Shown in pieces: positions 1 through 9,700 of a stretch of DNA of 64,000 nucleotides; position 1 is the stretch's first letter, and each line of letters starts with the position of its first letter. The DNA is taken from positions 18,260-82,259 of the forward strand of contig JBELHA010000002.1 of NCBI GenBank assembly GCA_042091695.1, read 5' to 3'. The DNA is from Flavicella sp. Its GTDB lineage: Bacteria; Bacteroidota; Bacteroidia; Flavobacteriales; Flavobacteriaceae. The notes below the pieces were generated by a model that was not told the origin of the DNA, did no database searches, and saw only the letters and a list, made by a program, of their open reading frames with translations. The position numbers and the translations under genes were made by a program.

Positions 1-2
1 TA

Positions 3-1349
3 GGAGCTTCCACTTCTGTAAAAGAAGGGTCTACAGTAAAACGTACAGAGCGTATTGCTTCTCTAAACGTAGGAGAAGGAATCGTTGGTCGTGTTGTAGA
101 TACTTTAGGAAACCCTATTGATGGTAAAGGACCAATCGCAGGGGAGACTTTTGAAATGCCTTTGGAGCGTAAAGCACCAGGAGTAATTTTTAGAGAGCCT
201 GTAACGGAACCAATGCAAACAGGTATCAAATCTATTGATGCTATGATTCCTGTAGGACGAGGACAACGTGAATTGATCATTGGAGACCGTCAAACAGGTA
301 AATCTACTGTAGCTTTAGATACTATCTTAAATCAAAAAGAATTTTACGATGCTGGTAAGCCAGTATATTGTATCTATGTTGCTATCGGTCAAAAGGCCTC
401 TACAGTAGCAGGGATTGTAAACTTATTAGAAGAAAAAGGAGCTTTAGCATATACTACCGTTGTTGCTGCAAGTGCTTCTGAACCTGCTCCAATGCAGGTA
501 TACGCTCCATTTGCAGGTGCTGCAATTGGTGAGTATTTTAGAGATACTGGTAGACCAGCACTGATTGTTTATGATGATTTATCTAAGCAAGCTGTTGCAT
601 ACCGTGAGGTTTCTTTATTGTTAAGAAGACCACCGGGACGTGAGGCTTACCCAGGAGATGTATTTTTCTTGCACTCTAGATTGCTAGAACGTGCTGCAAA
701 AGTAATCAACAATGACGAAATTGCATCTAAAATGAACGATGTACCTCCTTCATTGGTAGGTAAAATTAAAGGTGGAGGGTCATTAACTGCATTACCTATT
801 ATTGAAACACAAGCGGGAGATGTATCTGCATATATCCCAACCAACGTAATTTCGATTACTGATGGTCAGATTTTCTTAGATGGAGATTTGTTTAACTCTG
901 GAGTTCGTCCTGCAATTAACGTAGGTATTTCTGTATCTCGTGTTGGTGGTTCTGCACAGATCAAGTCAATGAAAAAAGTATCAGGGACCTTAAAACTAGA
1001 TCAAGCACAATACCGTGAATTGGAAGCTTTTGCAAAGTTTGGTTCTGATTTGGATGCTGCTACGATGAACGTAATCTCAAAAGGAGAGCGTAACGTAGAA
1101 ATTTTAAAGCAAGCTCAAAATGATCCTTATACTGTGGAAGACCAAGTAGCGATTATTTATGCAGGTTCTAAAAACTTATTAAAGGATGTTCCTGTAAATA
1201 AGGTAAAAGAATTTGAAGCAGATTATATTTCTTATTTGAATGCAAAACACAGAGATGTTTTAGATTCATTGAAATCAGGGAAGTTAGAAAAATCTTCTTT
1301 AGAAGTTTTAGAAACTGCTGCTGCTGAAATTTCAGCGAAATTTAACTAA
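3..1349 (+). CDS. atpA: F0F1 ATP synthase subunit alpha (5' truncated by window edge)
   Basis: Frame is open from base 3 (GASTSVKEG...[15 protein letters not shown]). Walker [21 protein letters not shown] and [15 protein letters not shown] motifs. The ORF-track start at 156 is an internal Met. Confidence 0.98.
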   Translation, partial: GASTSVKEGSTVKRTERIASLNVGEGIVGRVVDTLGNPIDGKGPIAGETFEMPLERKAPGVIFREPVTEPMQTGIKSIDAMIPVGRGQRELIIGDRQTGKSTVALDTILNQKEFYDAGKPVYCIYVAIGQKASTVAGIVNLLEEKGALAYTTVVAASASEPAPMQVYAPFAGAAIGEYFRDTGRPALIVYDDLSKQAVAYREVSLLLRRPPGREAYPGDVFFLHSRLLERAAKVINNDEIASKMNDVPPSLVGKIKGGGSLTALPIIETQAGDVSAYIPTNVISITDGQIFLDGDLFNSGVRPAINVGISVSRVGGSAQIKSMKKVSGTLKLDQAQYRELEAFAKFGSDLDAATMNVISKGERNVEILKQAQNDPYTVEDQVAIIYAGSKNLLKDVPVNKVKEFEADYISYLNAKHRDVLDSLKSGKLEKSSLEVLETAAAEISAKFN

Positions 1350-1361
1350 TATAGTACAAAG

Positions 1362-1390
1362 TGTTTTGCAAGGCTAAGCCTTGCAAAACA
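1362..1390. repeat. Perfect 13-bp inverted repeat in the atpA-atpG spacer
   Basis: TGTTTTGCAAGGC-TAA-GCCTTGCAAAACA. Confidence 0.85.
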
Positions 1391-1442
1391 TATGTTATAT
1401 CCTCAAGATCTCATATTTGATCTTGATACAATACAACTTACA

Positions 1443-2300
1443 ATGGCAAACTTAAAAGAAATTAGAAACAGAATTACTTCAATAGGTTCGACGATGAAAA
1501 TCACGAGCGCTATGAAAATGGTTTCTGCTGCTAAATTGAAAAAAGCACAAGATGCAATTACTGCAATGCGTCCTTATTCAAATAAATTATCTGAGTTGTT
1601 ACAGAACCTAAGTGCTACTTTAGATGCGGATGCAGGAGGTAAATTTTCTGAGCAGAGAGAAGTTTCTAAGGTGTTATTAGTTGTTGTAACTTCTAACAGA
1701 GGTTTGTGTGGTGGTTTTAATTCATCTGTGATCAAAGAAACAAGAAGAGTTGCTGCTTCATATGCTGGTAAGTCTGTTGATCTGATTACAATTGGAAAAA
1801 AAGGAAATGACTTATTGTCAAAAGAATTTAATGTTATTGCTAATGAAAGTGATTTGTATGATGCACTTACTTTTGATGCAGTCGCTACCATTACTGAAGG
1901 ATTAATGGAGCACTTCACTTCTGGTTCATACGATAAGATTGAAGTAGTATACAATAGCTTTAAAAATGCTGCGACACAGCTTTTAAAAGTAGAACAATTC
2001 TTACCAATTTTACCAGTAGAAAATGATGTAAACCAATCTTCTGATTATCTTTTCGAACCTAGTAAAGAAGAGATTATATCTGATTTGATTCCTAAATCAT
2101 TGAAGACTCAGTTATACAAAGCTATCCGCGATTCTTTTGCTTCTGAGCATGGTGCTCGTATGACAGCAATGCACAAAGCAACTGACAATGCGAAAGAATT
2201 ACGTAATGATTTATTATTGACATACAACAAAGCACGTCAAGCTGCAATTACCAATGAAATACTTGAAATAGTTGGTGGAGCAGAGGCTTTAAATGCATAA
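1443..2300 (+). CDS. atpG: F0F1 ATP synthase subunit gamma
   Basis: MANLKEIRNRI...KITSAMKMVSAAKL N-terminus; RGLCGGFN; ARQAAITNEILEIVGGA C-terminus. Start moved from 1392 to the ATG at 1443. Confidence 0.98.
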   Translation: MANLKEIRNRITSIGSTMKITSAMKMVSAAKLKKAQDAITAMRPYSNKLSELLQNLSATLDADAGGKFSEQREVSKVLLVVVTSNRGLCGGFNSSVIKETRRVAASYAGKSVDLITIGKKGNDLLSKEFNVIANESDLYDALTFDAVATITEGLMEHFTSGSYDKIEVVYNSFKNAATQLLKVEQFLPILPVENDVNQSSDYLFEPSKEEIISDLIPKSLKTQLYKAIRDSFASEHGARMTAMHKATDNAKELRNDLLLTYNKARQAAITNEILEIVGGAEALNA

Positions 2301-2320
2301 TTTATATAATCTTATTTTAC

Positions 2321-2355
2321 AAAAGGACGCTTGTATTTACTGGCGTCCTTTTTAT
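2321..2355 (+). terminator. Rho-independent terminator after atpG
   Basis: AAAAGGACGC-12 nt-GCGTCCTTTT followed by T-rich tail. Confidence 0.8.
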
Positions 2356-2413
2356 GTTTTAAAGAATATTCATATTTTTTTTTCATTTAAATAACTAGTT
2401 CTAAATATTTTAT

Positions 2414-2421
2414 TATATTTG
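2414..2421 (+). promoter_or_regulatory. Bacteroidota -7 promoter element for ppnP
   Basis: TATATTTG matches TAnnTTTG, ending 22 nt before the ATG. Confidence 0.6.
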
Positions 2422-2443
2422 CCACGCTTTTATAAGCTAAACT

Positions 2444-2725
2444 ATGATTACATCAAACGAATATTTTAACGAAAAAGTAAAATCACTAGGCTATTCAAAC
2501 GCTACTGGTGACGCTACCGTTGGGGTCATGGAAATTGGAGAATATGAGTTTTCAACGAATTCTCATGAAACAATGCACGTTATTGAAGGCGAATTAAATG
2601 TATTGCTTCCTAGTTCTGATTTATGGAAAACATATACGTCAGGCGCTTCCTTTGAAGTAGAAGCAGGATCTTCATTTAAAGTAAAATCTTTGCAATCAAC
2701 ATCTTATTTGTGTAAATACAAATAA
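2444..2725 (+). CDS. ppnP: Pyrimidine/purine nucleoside phosphorylase (PpnP/DUF1255, cupin)
   Basis: 93 aa; NEYF..KVKS, ATVGVM..GEYEFST...E.M.V..G.L.V, SF.V and YLC.Y pattern typical of PpnP. Confidence 0.9.
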   Translation: MITSNEYFNEKVKSLGYSNATGDATVGVMEIGEYEFSTNSHETMHVIEGELNVLLPSSDLWKTYTSGASFEVEAGSSFKVKSLQSTSYLCKYK

Positions 2726-2768
2726 GATACATCTTAATATGTAAATCTTAGGGGTAGGATTTATTTAT

Positions 2769-2809
2769 ACTCGGTTTCTCATTTCTTTTGAGAAACCGAG
2801 TTTTTTTTT
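2769..2809 (+). terminator. Rho-independent terminator after ppnP
   Basis: ACTCGGTTTCTCA-7 nt-TGAGAAACCGAGT followed by a T run. Confidence 0.9.
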
Positions 2810-2846
2810 AATATATTCGCAACTTTTTCTCCAAACAAATAAACCT

Positions 2847-5831
2847 ATGAACCCCCTTTATAAGTGGCTGCAATATTTTAAAAATAGTTTGTCTGATAGT
2901 GAGAACCTTTCGATTGATTTAGACAGAATTAAAAATGTTTACCACTCTAGTAGTATCGATCTAAGTTCAGGTTCTATTCCTAGTTCCCAAGCAGAAACAC
3001 TTATTGATACTGAAGAACGAAAAATCAATCGTTTGAAAGGAATTACAAAAAAAGAAAGTAAAAACTGGTTTACAGTTACTGAAATAACTCTTACAATTGC
3101 CCCCTTTCGACTTATTCCTGTTGAATCACAAACCGCTTTTAAGCAGGTGGATTTGTATCCTTTTTGGATTACCGCAAAAGTAAGTCGTTCTGGACAATTG
3201 AGTCCACCTAAAGACCTATTTCCACTAATTGTTAGAAACTATCTAGACCCAATAGAGTCTCCTGGTAATTCTTTTGTTTTTTCAACTTTAGATCGTGTTA
3301 CAGAAGCAAGAGATATTGAAACTCCTTTTTCAGAAGATGAAACAAACCCTGTTTTATGGTCAGCTTATTGGGACTATATCCAGGCAGTTTTTTCGAGCAT
3401 TGCTTTTGATACTTATACTAATTATAGAGTAGCAGGATATCAAACTTCTTACCAAGTATGTTTCTTCGCAGCAAGTAACAAGATAGCCACGGCTAAAAGT
3501 ATTCTTTTTTTATACGAACAACTTTTAAAGACACAAGACAGTTTTCCTTTATTAGAATCCCTTCTTTTATCTCAAATAAAAGAAAGACAAGAAGCGATTA
3601 CTGATGCGGGTTTTCTTAATTTCAACCATTTACATTTAGGGCAAATGTCAAATGAGTTTCCACTCTCTATTAGCCAACGCAAAACACTTCTGTCCTATCT
3701 TACCTCCAACAACCATTCGATTACTGCAGTAAACGGACCTCCAGGAACAGGTAAAACTACTTTATTACAAAGTGTAGTTGCTACTGAATTTGTGCGTGCT
3801 GCAATCAAAGGTGAGGATGCTCCTGTAATTTTGGCTTGCTCTACAAACAATCAGGCTGTAACAAATATCATTGATAGCTTTATAAATTCTAGCAGCACTT
3901 TAGGCTTGTTATCTGAGCGATGGATTCCTGACTTTAATGGGTATGCTACGTATTTGCCCTCTAAATCTAAAAGTCCTAAATCACTAGAGCATATAAATTA
4001 TCTAAAGGGTAACCTTTTTGGTTATGAAGGTACGCTCTGTGAACTTGAGAACACAGACTATTTAGATTTGGCCTCGTCCTATTTTTTAGAGAGATTTTAT
4101 GACTATTTCGAATTCTCTCCTTCAAGTTTAGAAGAAGCTCGTGATCAATTGCAAGAAGAAGTATCTCTGCTAGAAGATATGCAAATCAATGGTGTACGAA
4201 TTTCTCAGGATTATATAGCCTCTATGACTGCTGTTAATGAGCTGCTATTGCATACCGATGATCAAGTCTCTCAGAAGGCTATTCAGATTGTCAATCTCCA
4301 ACAATGGAGAAACACAGTTGCTAGCCTGAAAAATAAATCAAAGGAAAAAAATTTCCTAGAGCAGTTGCAAAAGTATTTTGTGGTGACTCCTACTGAAGAG
4401 ATCAAAAATATTTCTGAGGAAGCCTTGTTTCGTATTCCTAAAGAAGCACTTACGTCAAAGGAAAAAGCACTAGAATACCTTAAAAAATGCCTAGCGACAT
4501 TTAATTTAGCCTTACAGTCAAATTTGAAATTAAATGATTGGAAGTTGCAACATGAAATCGATGGTTTTCCCTTTGTTTCCGAAGCAACCATGTGGGAGTA
4601 TGAATATAAGAAAACGGAAGATAAGGAAACCGCTCACCGTTTCTTTTACGACGAGATAGATGTTAAAATTAGACACAAGGCATTTTTATTAGCAACACAT
4701 TATTGGGAGGTCCGCTGGATATTGGCTACCTACGAAATGTTGGAAGATACGACAGAAAAAGGAACTGGAGAAAATGCAATAGCTACCAAGTGGCGCCGAA
4801 GAGCGATGCTAACACCCTGTTTTGTAGCTACATTTTATATGGCTCCAACCCATTTTTTATACAGTCAGTTTCAAGGTGAAAATGAGGAGGGAAAACCTGT
4901 CTTTGAATACCTTCCTATGTATAATTTTATCGATTTATTGATCATAGACGAGGGAGGACAGGCAACACCTGAGGTTAGTGTACCTATGTTTTCATTGGCT
5001 CAAAAAGCAATTATTGTGGGGGACTTGCAACAAATAGAACCTATTTGGTCTATTCCTCAAAAAATAGATGTTGGAAATCTCTTAAATGCTGGCTTGCTAG
5101 AAGTAGGTACATTGATAGAAGATTTAGAAACTACAGGGTTTTTGGCCTCGAATGGAAGTGTGATGAAAATGGCTCAAGAAGCCTGTGAATACCAATCCAC
5201 GAATCCACATGCTATCGAAAAGGGCTTGCTGTTGTTAGAGCACCGAAGGTGCAATGACGAAATTATTGGTTTTTGCAATGAATTGGCCTATGGAGGAGTT
5301 TTAAAACCTATGAAAGGCGAGGCTAAAGCAGACCAACTTTTCCCTTCAATGATGGCATATCACATCGCAGGTACAAGTGAAAGAAGCTATAGCAGTCGTT
5401 TCAATACCAAAGAGGTAAATTCAATTGTAGGATGGCTCAATAGGCACAAAGAAGCCATAGAGGAAGCATATCAAGTAGCAGAGATAGAACAGGTTTTAGG
5501 GATCATAACTCCATTTACAAGTCAGAAAAGTGCACTATCAAAAGCATTGACCGCCGCAGGTTTCAATGTTTCAAAAATAAAATTAGGAACGGTTCATGCA
5601 CTGCAAGGTGCCGAAAGACACATTGTTTTGTTCAGTTCAGTCTATACAAGTGAAGATGAAGGAACACTCTTTTTTGACAAGGACAATAAGCCCAATATGC
5701 TAAATGTTGCTGTTTCGAGAGCTAGAGATAGTTTTATACTTTTTGGAGATACGCGTGTGTTTGATGCAACTAATAATACGCCTTCTGGTGTTTTAAAGCG
5801 GCATTTGCAAGTACATGAAATGTCAAGCTAG
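2847..5831 (+). CDS. Superfamily 1 (Upf1/DNA2/NAM7-like) helicase, AAA_11/AAA_12-type
   Basis: Motifs I GPPGTGKT (3735-3758), Ia STNNQAVTNI, II DEGGQ, III GDLQQIEP, IV EHRRC, V GTVHALQGAE, VI LNVAVSRA. Confidence 0.9.
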   Translation: MNPLYKWLQYFKNSLSDSENLSIDLDRIKNVYHSSSIDLSSGSIPSSQAETLIDTEERKINRLKGITKKESKNWFTVTEITLTIAPFRLIPVESQTAFKQVDLYPFWITAKVSRSGQLSPPKDLFPLIVRNYLDPIESPGNSFVFSTLDRVTEARDIETPFSEDETNPVLWSAYWDYIQAVFSSIAFDTYTNYRVAGYQTSYQVCFFAASNKIATAKSILFLYEQLLKTQDSFPLLESLLLSQIKERQEAITDAGFLNFNHLHLGQMSNEFPLSISQRKTLLSYLTSNNHSITAVNGPPGTGKTTLLQSVVATEFVRAAIKGEDAPVILACSTNNQAVTNIIDSFINSSSTLGLLSERWIPDFNGYATYLPSKSKSPKSLEHINYLKGNLFGYEGTLCELENTDYLDLASSYFLERFYDYFEFSPSSLEEARDQLQEEVSLLEDMQINGVRISQDYIASMTAVNELLLHTDDQVSQKAIQIVNLQQWRNTVASLKNKSKEKNFLEQLQKYFVVTPTEEIKNISEEALFRIPKEALTSKEKALEYLKKCLATFNLALQSNLKLNDWKLQHEIDGFPFVSEATMWEYEYKKTEDKETAHRFFYDEIDVKIRHKAFLLATHYWEVRWILATYEMLEDTTEKGTGENAIATKWRRRAMLTPCFVATFYMAPTHFLYSQFQGENEEGKPVFEYLPMYNFIDLLIIDEGGQATPEVSVPMFSLAQKAIIVGDLQQIEPIWSIPQKIDVGNLLNAGLLEVGTLIEDLETTGFLASNGSVMKMAQEACEYQSTNPHAIEKGLLLLEHRRCNDEIIGFCNELAYGGVLKPMKGEAKADQLFPSMMAYHIAGTSERSYSSRFNTKEVNSIVGWLNRHKEAIEEAYQVAEIEQVLGIITPFTSQKSALSKALTAAGFNVSKIKLGTVHALQGAERHIVLFSSVYTSEDEGTLFFDKDNKPNMLNVAVSRARDSFILFGDTRVFDATNNTPSGVLKRHLQVHEMSS

Positions 5832-5938
5832 TAGTCTTTGTGGCTGTTGTTTTAATTATTGACATTACAATAATTGGTCTGTAGAGTGCTAAAAATATAT
5901 TTTTACAATCTTTAGGGGCTACATCTCTAGAATAGTGG

Positions 5939-5946
5939 TAGCTTTG
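5939..5946 (+). promoter_or_regulatory. Bacteroidota -7 promoter element for the J-KTSC gene
   Basis: TAGCTTTG matches TAnnTTTG, ending 24 nt before the ATG. Confidence 0.55.
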
Positions 5947-5970
5947 CATTCTAATTTTTAAGAATTAAGT

Positions 5971-6417
5971 ATGAAGCGGATCAACGAATACAAAAAGTTG
6001 TTTGATGTAGCAGGAGCTATTGATTTAAAAGCATTAAAAACAACCTATAGATCTTTGGTGAAAACTTGGCATCCCGATAAATTTCAAGCCCCTTTAGAAA
6101 AGGAGGAGGCGGAACTTAAAAGTCAAAAAATCATTGACGGTTACCATTTTCTTGTGAGTATTGCTCCAGCCACGAAAGAGGCAAATTTAGAGGCGTATAC
6201 TGACACAATCACAAACAGTCAGGTAGCAGATTACCATCACAAGAGCATGCTTTTAGAAGTTACTTTTACGGACGGAACTACCTATGAATATTTTGGTGTT
6301 AATAAGAAACTTTTCTTAAAATTCCTCAACAGTAAGTCCATGAATAATTTTGGGAGAAGAAATATCTTCAATTCTTTCCTGTATCGAAAATCAAAGAAAG
6401 CGATGGAAACTGCTTGA
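5971..6417 (+). CDS. J-domain (DnaJ-like) plus KTSC-domain protein
   Basis: N-terminal YRSLVKTWHPDKF (HPD J-domain motif); C-terminal LEVTFTDGTTYEYFGV...F.KF..S.S...F KTSC pattern. Confidence 0.8.
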   Translation: MKRINEYKKLFDVAGAIDLKALKTTYRSLVKTWHPDKFQAPLEKEEAELKSQKIIDGYHFLVSIAPATKEANLEAYTDTITNSQVADYHHKSMLLEVTFTDGTTYEYFGVNKKLFLKFLNSKSMNNFGRRNIFNSFLYRKSKKAMETA

Positions 6418-6776
6418 TAAAAGTTAACTTGTAGTATTAATACTATATTTCCAATACTAATTTCAGAATATTTACAGATACAACAAATTGTAAGTTTAGA
6501 TATTTCAGCTATTGTTAAAAGGCTTTTCCATCCCAAAATCACGCAATAATACGGCGTTTATTTTGATTCTTTAGAAGCGACTAAAGAACACATGGGATGG
6601 TATGCTATTCTTGAAGAAAATAGAACTCCAATTTGGATATTATGCTATTTAACGGTGGATCTAAAAATAATACTTTTATTAGTTTATATATATATTCTAT
6701 AAATTGTCAAATATATTGATGTATTTAAGTTACTAAGTGAAATCGTTCTTGAAAAATAGTTTATCGCATTCTACTT

Positions 6777-9700
6777 CTAGTTTTTAATGAGTTTTACTAC
6801 TTGATAATTTCCATCTTGGTATACGAGCTTTAGTAAATAGATGCCACTAGAAATTCCTGAAAGAGAAACCTTAGTTTGAGGTTTGATAATTTGTTTTACT
6901 TTTTGTCCTTTTTGATCGAAAATTTCAAGGTTATTAATCTCTTGTGATTTAGATATGTATAGGTGTTCTTTTACAGGGTTTGGGTACACAAGATATTTCT
7001 GTTTCTCTTTGTGTACACCTAAATTTGTACCGTCTTGTTTGACAAAAATAGGAACCATAATTTTACTTTCCTCCGTGTCATTGACGAGAAGAGCAACAGG
7101 TACGTATAGTTCTCCTTCGAAGTTATTGTCAGGAATAACAACTCCATTCTCAATAGTATAATTGCTCCCTTCATCCACACGGAGTTCCCAATTTTCAAAC
7201 GAGTCATTACAAGAAGGAAAAGGGTAGGATGTGTTTTGATAGCTTACTTCTATGTTAAGGTCTTTGTAGCCTAACCTATATCTATCGTTTTTATTTATTT
7301 CTATAGGATTGTAGGAAACTATTTGAGGACTACTGACATACTCTTTGATAGCTGAAAAGCCTACTTTAAAATCGTCTATCCATAGATTTCCATCAGTTTC
7401 AGGTGACCAATTACCATTTGGGTTGATTCGGAAAATAAGCTTTTCTAATTCCGTCCAGTCGTCTCCGTGTAGATCGTTCCAATTGTCTAAAAGTGGCTGT
7501 AGTTGGATTATAGCAGTACCAACGTTGGTTGAAGCTGATGCTAGCATTGTGATGCCTTTGTTTCGATTACTCTTCTTTTGATTTGAATTTATTTGAGTTA
7601 CAAAACTAAAAGGAGAGTTTCTATTCGGTGTCTCGTAATTAAATGTAAGAAAAGGATATGTTTTTATATCCACAGAAGTATCATAAAATAGTTGTTCTGA
7701 GCTCCATACATTAGTTGTTCCACTCATTGTATTCGGTTGTATAAGAAGTTTGTTTTCAGCTAAGTGAACTTCTCCTTGCATATCTTTGTGAGCAACCCAT
7801 GGTGCAGCATTGTAATCAGCATTGCTATCGGTAGTAAATTCTTCCACTAAAGACGGGTTAGTGGTACAGTATTGAAAAGTACTTTCTCCTGTAGTAAACG
7901 ACCATATATCTCCAATTTTCCAAGTGTTATTCACCCAACAGTCTACACGCCAGTAATAGGTTGTATTTCCTTGTAAGTATTCTAGTAGTAGTAGGTTTGT
8001 ATTTTGCTCTGACACTAAGGAGAGTGATTCAGAACTTGTTCCTAGATATATTTTGTTTTTTGATGACTCATAGGCAGGCAACCACATTAAATCAGAGCTA
8101 ATAAGGGCGGTTGTACTCCTGTTTTTAGGGATAGGCATAGAGGATTTTTCTAACATTCTTCCCGGAATCCAATAGTGTTCGTCACCATCTTCATATGCCC
8201 CCATATCAGGAGCAATTCCCTCAAAATCTTTTGGAGTATAAGAATATTTATCACTAGGGATTTCATCTGTACTTACAAGAGCACCTGCATCGATGATAGG
8301 ACTGTTTTTTTTAGGTCTAAAATCATAATTTATCGGATCTCTTAAATAAGTATATGCAGCTCCTGCGGTATTTGTATTGTTACTATTTTTTCCTGGAATA
8401 ACATATGCATTGGGTTGTATATATCCATCCTCTAGTGTTTTTTCTTTGTTTAAATTCCATGTTCTGTGTACTAGTTTTGAAATGTTATTTCGAGTGATAG
8501 TTTTCGCATTGGCTTCACTGTTATGCATCGCTCTGAACCCCATAATTGTAAGATTATACTCCTCACGATATGGGTTTTTAAACTGTTTTGTATTTATGAT
8601 TGTGTTGTTAAGAACCAGGTGTCTGTCTCCTTTAATCTGGTTAACTTGTGTGTTCCAAGTAACATTGTTTCGATAGATTCCATCACCGTATACTTCGCCT
8701 TCTTCGTTCAGTTGGTTATTTCCAGAATCATCAAATCGGATACCTTGTTTTTGGCTGTCGTGTACCCAATTATTTTCCACCAATACGTTTTTGTGGTCTT
8801 TTGTTCCTATATTAATGGCCGCTCCATCGTGTTGTAGATTACCTGCATTTGTAATTCTATTAAGACGTATAATTCCACCTGAACCATTGGGCCTGAGTCC
8901 TTCCGAATTTCCTGTTTTTTCAAGTGTACATCTAGTAATTAATGTGTTTTCTCCAAAGGTTACTGAACCTGAAGCACCATTTGAATTAAGGTCCCATTCA
9001 ATGTCTGTAAAACTACAGTTGTCAATAGTCATGTCTTTTCCCATCATAAAGATAGGCGCATTGGATCTAAAAAATGTACAGTCTATAAACTTAGAATGTC
9101 TACCATTTTGTACAGAACTTGTAATATTAGCTTTAGGCTCTATTGGGTTCCAACTCTTAAAAAATGCGGTATTACCTAAAACGAATTTATGTGTTGATGG
9201 ATAGTTAAAATCGCAGTCTTCAAAAACGATGTAGTCAGAGTTTTTAATAAAATATCCTGTAGCAAAAAATTCAATACCTCTAAAGGTTATGTTCTGACAG
9301 TTTTCAAATGTAATAGCTACATCTTGATCTCTCCCATAAAAATCGGTTTGTTGGAGAGCTTCCAAAGAACTAGGTTTGTAGTATAATAATTTAGCATCTT
9401 TTTCATACCACCATTCGTTGACTTTGTCTAAGGCTGCCAAGCCGTAAATATAATAGGCACCGTATTTTTTTAGATGCTCCTCTTCAAGTCCTTCTGTATC
9501 ATATTCAAAATAGGGTTGTCCTGTACTGTGTTGAGTGATTTTTCGTGTCCATGTTATCCAATGTCCTATGTTTAACACAGCAAAAGCTCCCTGAAAGTCA
9601 ATATTGCTCTCGGCCAAGGATGTTAACTGATTTTTTATAACGTAATTTGTTTCCCCCTCCGAAAATTCACTTCTTGAATACTGAGGAAAATCACCGTCAT

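Noticed and set aside
706-780. Insertion in AtpA ([25 protein letters not shown])
   Set aside because: Matches the lineage-typical Bacteroidota alpha-subunit insert as I recall it; no splicing or intein motifs.
6282-6542. 86-aa minus-strand ORF overlapping the 3' end of the KTSC gene
   Set aside because: Low-information I/L/K-rich translation, no motif, and it overlaps a real gene.
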